From contig NC_009925.1 of the NCBI RefSeq assembly GCF_000018105.1, forward strand, positions 6,000,001-6,032,000: a stretch of 32,000 nucleotides of DNA, read 5' to 3'. The notes beneath the pieces were generated by a model that was not told the origin of the DNA, ran no database searches, and saw only the letters and a list, made by a program, of their open reading frames with translations. The DNA is from Acaryochloris marina MBIC11017. Lineage in GTDB: Bacteria > Cyanobacteriota > Cyanobacteriia > Thermosynechococcales > Thermosynechococcaceae. Both the position numbers and the translations under genes were made by a program. This document shows positions 26,770 through 32,000 of the stretch, in pieces (position 1 is the first letter of the stretch; every line of letters starts with the position of its first letter).

Positions 26770-27831
26770 CTACTGTTGCAGACAAAGTTCTGCAGTGGGT
26801 TGGAGAAGGGCAGTCTCGATATCGAGTTGGCTGAGATTCTCACCGATAAACACTAGCTTTGTTTGACGAGCTTCTTGCAGTTGCCAGGGACGATCATAAA
26901 AGGAATCAAACCGTTGTCCAACGCCATGGATCACAAGGCGCATCGGTTTTTGGGGAACGGCCACAAACCCCTTAATCCGATAGATCTCATGGGTTTTAAC
27001 CAAGGCTTGCAGTTTAGTTAATAGTGCGTTCGAGTCAAATTCTTGGTCAACGATCACCTGGATCGCATTGATGTCATCATCATGATCATGCTCCTCTTCG
27101 TGATCGTGATGACTGGGGCGAGAGTCTAGGTGGTCCTCAACCGCTGCATTAAAGCCCAATAACAAATCAGGGCTTACGTGTCCTGCATGACAGGGTAAGA
27201 CTTTAACGCCGTCGGGAAGTTCTTGACGCAACCAGTGTTGGACTCGTTCTTGATCCTTCGGTTCGACGCAATCTGCCTTGGTGAGTAAGACTAGATCGGC
27301 ACAGGCCAATTGATCTTCAAACAGTTCTTCGATTGGGGTTTCGTGATCAAGGCTGTCATCGGCTTGGCGCTGGGACTCTAGTGCGTCTAGATCGCCTACC
27401 AGGGTACCGGATGCGATCGCATCGCAATCCACCACCGTAATCACCCCGTCTACCGTCGCTCCTGTGCGGATTTCAGGCCAGCGAAAGGCCTGGATTAAGG
27501 GTTTAGGAAGAGCCAACCCCGAGGTCTCGATCACGATGCAGTCAATCTGATCACGCCGCTGTAAAAGTTTTTGCATAGTGGGCAAAAACTCCTCTTGGAC
27601 CGTGCAGCAGAGGCAACCATTGGTCAGCTCTAGAATATTTTGGTCCGCATCTTCTTCTTCTTCACAGACTTGGCAGGTCCGCAGCAAATCTCCATCAATG
27701 CCGACTTCGCCGAATTCGTTGACCATGACCGCAATGCGGCGGCCTTGATTATTTTGCAGTAGATGACGAATCAGGGTGGTTTTACCCGCACCTAAAAAGC
27801 CGGTAACCACCGTTACGGGAATTTTATGCAT
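26770..27831 (-). CDS. COG0523 / CobW-family metallochaperone GTPase
   Basis: It has the P-loop VVTGFLGAGKTTLIRHLL, the metal-binding CLCCTV (CxCC) motif, and the His-rich stretch SRPSHHDHEEEHDHDDD. Confidence 0.9.
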   Translation of the reverse strand: MHKIPVTVVTGFLGAGKTTLIRHLLQNNQGRRIAVMVNEFGEVGIDGDLLRTCQVCEEEEDADQNILELTNGCLCCTVQEEFLPTMQKLLQRRDQIDCIVIETSGLALPKPLIQAFRWPEIRTGATVDGVITVVDCDAIASGTLVGDLDALESQRQADDSLDHETPIEELFEDQLACADLVLLTKADCVEPKDQERVQHWLRQELPDGVKVLPCHAGHVSPDLLLGFNAAVEDHLDSRPSHHDHEEEHDHDDDINAIQVIVDQEFDSNALLTKLQALVKTHEIYRIKGFVAVPQKPMRLVIHGVGQRFDSFYDRPWQLQEARQTKLVFIGENLSQLDIETALLQPTAELCLQQ

Positions 27832-27859
27832 GATTTTTTAATAGGGATAAATAACTGAA

Positions 27860-28531
27860 TTAGCCCAGAAGGACTGAACTAAGGAATGCGAGGCCCATGC
27901 CTGCGATCGCAAATCCGACAAATCGTGTCGGCAGGACTGAATCCTTTACAGCGTTAGCATTAAGGGCTTTACCACAGATATAAGCTAAGGCTGCGATCGC
28001 CAGCTGCATCACTGAAAAACCCGCTAAATAAGAGACAAGCGGTGTTATTTCTGCACCGACAATGGCTTCGCCATAGGCATAGCCGTGGAAGACGCCTGCT
28101 ATTGCGGCGATGCTAGTACTCAGCCAGAGAGTTGGACCTTGCTTAAGGGTTAGCAATCCACCCAAGATCACAATGGAGATGGAAATAAAGAATTCCGGGG
28201 CGAGTAAATCCCAACTTTGGAGATGGATGCCCGTTCCCAAGAGAGCGGTCGCTATAAACGCAGCAGGCACCCAAAACCCATGTCGCAAAATAGCAGCCAT
28301 CAAGCCAACAGCAACGACAAAGGCAAAGTGATCGATGCCAATCATCGGATGACCAAGACCTGATAAAAAGCCTTCAATAAAGTTGGTGGGTGTTTGACCG
28401 CCAAAGGGATGATGAGCAAGGGCTGCACCAGAGTTAGCAAGCCCTAACCCAGATATTAAGCTGGCACTGATCGTTCGCCAGATCAAAAATTTCCCAGATC
28501 GAAGTCTGGAGAGACCAATCTTTTTCGCCAC
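27860..28531 (-). CDS. hupE: HupE/UreJ-family membrane protein (probable cobalt/nickel uptake)
   Basis: A signal-like N-terminus is followed by AHHPFGG and the signature GLGHPMIGIDHFAFVVAVGL, with multiple TM segments. The start codon is GTG at 28531. The gene lies 28 nt upstream of cobW on the same strand. Confidence 0.85.
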   Translation of the reverse strand: MAKKIGLSRLRSGKFLIWRTISASLISGLGLANSGAALAHHPFGGQTPTNFIEGFLSGLGHPMIGIDHFAFVVAVGLMAAILRHGFWVPAAFIATALLGTGIHLQSWDLLAPEFFISISIVILGGLLTLKQGPTLWLSTSIAAIAGVFHGYAYGEAIVGAEITPLVSYLAGFSVMQLAIAALAYICGKALNANAVKDSVLPTRFVGFAIAGMGLAFLSSVLLG

Positions 28532-28562
28532 TTTCTGTACCTCGCAGAAGTGTTTACGGGGG

Positions 28563-28678
28563 ACATCGGTGGGCGTTCTGACTTACAGAGATAGTCTGCT
28601 TACAGCTGCGGGACAGTGTTGGACTTGCACCAAACTTTCCCCATTATTTTAGTGGCTGTTCCCCACTAAAACCGATGT
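28563..28678 (-). promoter_or_regulatory. Cobalamin (B12) riboswitch aptamer in the hupE leader
   Basis: The minus strand reads ACATCGGT...AGTGGGGAACAGCCACT...AATGGGGAAAGTTTGGTGCAAGTCCAACACTGTCCCGCAGCTGTAAGC...GTAAGTCAGAACGCCCACCGATGT. It shows the conserved GGGAA, GGTG-AA-TCC and CCCGC-CTGTAA blocks and a B12-box-like AAGTCAGAACGCCCACC. The whole is closed by an 8-bp P1 stem, ACATCGGT/ACCGATGT (28671..28678 with 28563..28570). Confidence 0.8.
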
Positions 28679-28691
28679 GAACCTTAGCGTA

Positions 28692-30110
28692 TCATGTCTG
28701 ACTCACCATTCGATTAGTGGATTGTGAACAATAGTCTTTAAGGTAGGGAAGAAGGGAAACCCGAGATTGGTGGATACAAATTAGCGATCGCATATGCAGA
28801 GACTGCAGTGCATTCATTAAGTCGATTGAGGAATCGATCTGGTCCCCTACTGATTGCAGGTGAATGTCTGAGACGTTAACGGGTTGGGATTGATTCGACA
28901 ACCATGCCATCAACTGTCGTTCTATGGGAGCAAGCCGGTTCAGTTGTTGTTCAATCATTTGTTGAATGGGGCCAATATTACCTTGACCTTGGTTCAACCA
29001 CTCTTTCAGATGACCATCAAATAAAGTACGAACCGTGTCGGCAATAATTTTCAAGGCGAGGGGATTGCCGCCATAGTATTCACTGATTGATTGGGCGAGT
29101 TCAAGGGATGTGGGGATACCGAGATGTTCGAAATAGTGTTGGGTCTCAGTGGGGGTGAACCCTGGCAGTTGATAGGACCGTACCAAGCGACTTTCTCTGA
29201 GGCCCAGACCAATGGGACATTCTCGACTGGTGAGGAGAAGACAGCTTTTGGTAGGCAGTTCATCAACTAATCGTAATAGGTAGCCATATGCGTCATAGCT
29301 AGGGCGATATAAGTTCCCCAGCTGTTGAGACTGGAGAACCATCTCATAGTTATCGAGTACCAACAACAATCTGTGATTTTGCAGGATTTCTACCAGGGTA
29401 CAAACCATTACATCCATAGAAAGGGGGAGGGATCGAAGGTTGGTACTAGGAACATCAGGTATTGCATTGAGAATCGTCTCGAAGAGATCTGCAAATACAG
29501 GGGCATTTCGAAGGGAGTAGAAAATAATGTGTTCGAATTCGTCTTGAACGTCCCTAATGAGCTGTTGGGCAAGGATTGTTTTGCCAATCCCTGCCTGTCC
29601 TAACAGGGTGATCAGACAACACTGATCCCCTGAAATCCATTGGGCAAGGGTTCGTTGTGGGCTAGAAATTAGGGAAAGTGAAGCGTGATTCAGATGGTTG
29701 GTCGAGGAATCTGGGGACAACGGTTTGGGAGAGCAATAAATAGTGGGTAATCGTTGTGGATGTCCTGTTTGTATCGGATTTGTCCCTTTAACTAAACCCT
29801 GTTTCGGTGATAGATCGGGTTCAGGGTGGTTGCGCTGGTGCAACTGATTGGCTTTCCAACGGCGAAATACGACATGGAGATTTCGCTTGGTGACTTTTTG
29901 GGATAAAGCCTCAGATAGGATCTGCCAAAATCGATGGCCAACATGTTTGACATAGTCAAAATCATATTGACTCGCTTCAGCAATTTCTTCATAGGTTTTA
30001 CCCTGCCAAGCCATGCAAAAAATGGTTTGGTGTAAGGTATTGATTTGATCAGGGGCTAAGGCGGTATCGATGACTTCGAGGGCCTCTTCGAGTTTCATAC
30101 TAGTGTTCAT
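28692..30110 (-). CDS. STAND NTPase of the NB-ARC (AP-ATPase) type with an N-terminal HTH-like module and no C-terminal repeat sensor
   Basis: The NTPase motifs are Walker A GQAGIGKT (aa 171-178, nt 29577..29600), Walker B-like RLLLVLDNYE, an LLLTSR motif, and GGNPLALKI (the GxP/GLPL motif). The N-terminal roughly 85 aa (LHQTIFCMAWQGKTYEEIAEASQYDFDYVKHVGHRFWQILSEALSQKVTKRNL) matches the module commonly found at the N-terminus of cyanobacterial WD40/TPR/NACHT proteins. A Pro/Ser-rich linker lies between the two. The protein ends about 130 aa after the GxP motif. Confidence 0.85.
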   Translation of the reverse strand: MNTSMKLEEALEVIDTALAPDQINTLHQTIFCMAWQGKTYEEIAEASQYDFDYVKHVGHRFWQILSEALSQKVTKRNLHVVFRRWKANQLHQRNHPEPDLSPKQGLVKGTNPIQTGHPQRLPTIYCSPKPLSPDSSTNHLNHASLSLISSPQRTLAQWISGDQCCLITLLGQAGIGKTILAQQLIRDVQDEFEHIIFYSLRNAPVFADLFETILNAIPDVPSTNLRSLPLSMDVMVCTLVEILQNHRLLLVLDNYEMVLQSQQLGNLYRPSYDAYGYLLRLVDELPTKSCLLLTSRECPIGLGLRESRLVRSYQLPGFTPTETQHYFEHLGIPTSLELAQSISEYYGGNPLALKIIADTVRTLFDGHLKEWLNQGQGNIGPIQQMIEQQLNRLAPIERQLMAWLSNQSQPVNVSDIHLQSVGDQIDSSIDLMNALQSLHMRSLICIHQSRVSLLPYLKDYCSQSTNRMVSQT

Positions 30111-30886
30111 GGTGAGATCAGAGAGATAAGCAACATCAGCACGATGGGCTGTCTTAATTAGGGATTTAATGCTCGATTGTGTTGATCAGCCATAGATCGT
30201 TGATCTCTAATGCAGGAGAGGGTTTAGGGTGATGCTTGCTGCTGATATTATTTGGCAGGTGATGACAGATGCAAACTATCAACCCCCAAAAAGATCACCC
30301 CCAATTGTGATTAAGGAGGTCAGTCTGGAAAGATGGATTTGTTTTTGTGTATAAATTAATGCCACTATTCCTGATGGAAATATCACCTAATGACTGATAC
30401 CTCTGGCAGTAAATAACTTATGCCGAACCTATGAAAAAGATGCATAATTGATTAATATTTTTCCGAATAATATAGAAAAGATTATTTTTTGTTTCGAGTC
30501 ACTGACTTCACCAGAATTTCACATATTATGATTTCAACTGAATGGTGATATCTGTCGTTGAGTGAATAGAACTGTTCTACATCGCCCAACTGTTTCAAAA
30601 ATCAAGTAGTCGCGGCATCATCTTTTACTTAGGTGGGGGATCGGTTAGACTCCTTTTCTTGCCTTAAGTAAAGGGATGGTTTCTTGCGCTTCTACTCCTG
30701 AAAAGAAGTCTTGTCTTTCTAGGAATTTTTATCGTGATACACCTTCCAAATCAGTACGAAAATTTTTGGTTGTGGGTTAAGAACTCAAAATGCCTCTAAT
30801 ACTTTGTTAGTTGGTGAAGTTTTAGAGAATGTCATCTGCGTTACTGTTGCAGATGCTCTGTAGTGGTGTCTTATCCCTTGTTATCT

Positions 30887-32000
30887 ATGAAGAAGCAATA
30901 TCAACGGGAACTTCTCTCGTATCTAAGCTGGCATCGATTATGCCTATCCCTGCTGGGTGTGGGGTGTATGTTCGCGATTACTGTTGTTTTTTCAGAAGAG
31001 AGGGTGTTAGCAGAACCTACTGAGCAGGTATGGGTTGCTAATACAAATAACTTAGAGCAAAGAGGAAAAGCTCTTTTTGACGCTAGACAATTTCCTCAAG
31101 CGGCTGATGTATTGCGCGCAGCTGTTGGACAGTATCAACAGCGAGATAATCGGGTGGGTGAAGCGATTGCTCTGAGTAATTTAGCGTTGGTTTATGAGCA
31201 GTTGGGACAATGGCCCGAAGCAAATCAGGCCATAGAACAGAGTCTTGAACTATTACAAGGGCAATCGACTCCTGAGGCAGGACAGTTATTAGCGCAGGTG
31301 CTGAACACTGAAGGGCAGTTAAAGTTGGCCCAAGGGCAAGCCCAGTTGGCATTGAAGGCTTGGCAACGATCAGAAGAGATATTTACACAGATTGGCGATA
31401 CAGAAGCAGTGACTCGCAGTCGGGTGAATCAAGCCCAGGCGTTACAGTCGATGGGGCAGTATCGCCGATCAATTAAAACCCTTAGAAAAGTTACGACTGA
31501 CTTGGCGGAGCAGCCAGATTCGTTGACTGAAGTGGTGGCGCTGAGAAGTCTGGGGGAAGCGCTCCGGGTGGCAGGCGAGTTGCCTGATGCGCGGGAAGCA
31601 TTGGAAAAAAGTGTAGAAATGGCTGGGCGGCTGGACTTGCTGAAAAATAAGGCTGCAGCTCAGCTAAGTTTAGGAAATGTGTTGAGGGCTGAAGGGGAGA
31701 ATGATCCAATGCAGTTGCAAGCTGCTTTGAGGATTTATGAGCAATTGGCCACTGAATCTGACGAAAGTCAAGTTCAGGCTTTTTTAAATCAGTTCAGTTT
31801 GCTGGTTCAAATGAAGCAATTTGCCCAAGCGGAGGGTTTATGGCCACAGGTTTCTGCCAGCTTGCAACAATTACCACTTAGCCGATCTTCAATCTTTGCC
31901 TATTTAAATGTGGTTCATAGTTTGTCTCAACTGCGTAGCACAAGTATGGACACGGTTGCGATCCGGGCGCAATTGTTCAGGCAGGCTTTAAAGCAAGCGA
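30887..32000 (+). CDS. TPR-repeat protein with an N-terminal hydrophobic anchor. Partial: it continues beyond the right edge. The N-terminal architecture is typical of cyanobacterial CHAT-domain proteins.
   Basis: I translated this frame by hand. It is closed by the TGA at 30815..30817, has its first ATG at 30887, and has no stop to 32000, so it is absent from the ORF track. It reads MKKQYQRELLSYLSWHRLCLSLLGVGCMFAITVVFSEERVLAEP..., followed by repeated helical-pair units such as RGKALFDARQFPQAADVLRAAVGQYQQRDNRVGEAIALSNLALVYEQLGQWPEANQAIEQSLELL. The CHAT domain itself is not in the window, so that part is inference only. Confidence 0.75.
   Translation, partial: MKKQYQRELLSYLSWHRLCLSLLGVGCMFAITVVFSEERVLAEPTEQVWVANTNNLEQRGKALFDARQFPQAADVLRAAVGQYQQRDNRVGEAIALSNLALVYEQLGQWPEANQAIEQSLELLQGQSTPEAGQLLAQVLNTEGQLKLAQGQAQLALKAWQRSEEIFTQIGDTEAVTRSRVNQAQALQSMGQYRRSIKTLRKVTTDLAEQPDSLTEVVALRSLGEALRVAGELPDAREALEKSVEMAGRLDLLKNKAAAQLSLGNVLRAEGENDPMQLQAALRIYEQLATESDESQVQAFLNQFSLLVQMKQFAQAEGLWPQVSASLQQLPLSRSSIFAYLNVVHSLSQLRSTSMDTVAIRAQLFRQALKQA

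Noticed and set aside
31083-31709. Minus-strand ORFs 31083..31352 and 31491..31709, and plus-strand ORF 30829..31023
   Set aside because: A long TPR-encoding frame is open from 30887 to the window edge. The minus-strand ORFs are antisense to it, and 30829..31023 is an overlapping alternative frame.
1-32000. CRISPR arrays, rRNA genes, reverse transcriptase/retron/DGR components, or secondary-metabolite clusters
   Set aside because: I saw no regularly spaced direct repeats, no rRNA-like sequence, and no RT, Cas, PKS or NRPS motifs in any ORF in either strand's translations.

Overview
This is a chromosomal segment from a cyanobacterium. The HIP1 octamer GCGATCGC occurs at least 20 times by eye (e.g. 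1301, 2020, 2567, 4173, 4828, 5970, 6511, 9475, 10932, 13171, 13335, 15893, 18691, 25150, 26328, 27413, 27903, 27993, 28784).

Most of the window is housekeeping or core genes:
- a Ser/Thr kinase that runs off the left edge
- an MFS transporter
- der (engA)
- a CpcS-type bilin lyase
- S-formylglutathione hydrolase
- an IMPase-family protein
- an ABCD-type ABC transporter
- gcvP
- tRNA-Arg(CCT)
- an alpha/beta hydrolase
- an aspartoacylase homologue

Between these lie visibly AT-richer accessory patches:
1. 10958-12928: orphan small genes, a GNAT gene interrupted by an in-frame TAA, and a HigB/HigA toxin-antitoxin pair.
2. 13005-15766: two thioredoxin-fold CxxC genes and an HxlR regulator, split by an IS630-family element whose transposase is broken by a +1 frameshift at a T6G4 run.
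3. 15770-17029: a roughly 1.25-kb gene-poor stretch with a perfect 14-bp palindrome and repeated motifs.
4. 22555-26764: a HAMP-GGDEF diguanylate cyclase followed by an orphan cassette of three prepilin-type (minor pilin-like) genes. The last carries an FN3-like tail.
5. 26770-28678: an unannotated cobalamin riboswitch in front of hupE-cobW.
6. 28692-32000: an NB-ARC-type STAND NTPase with no sensor repeats, transcribed divergently from a TPR-repeat gene that runs off the right edge. That gene has the N-terminal architecture typical of cyanobacterial CHAT proteins.

The last locus is my best candidate for an uncharacterised system. Nothing in the window is proven novel from sequence alone. No CRISPR array, rRNA, reverse transcriptase or obvious biosynthetic cluster was seen.
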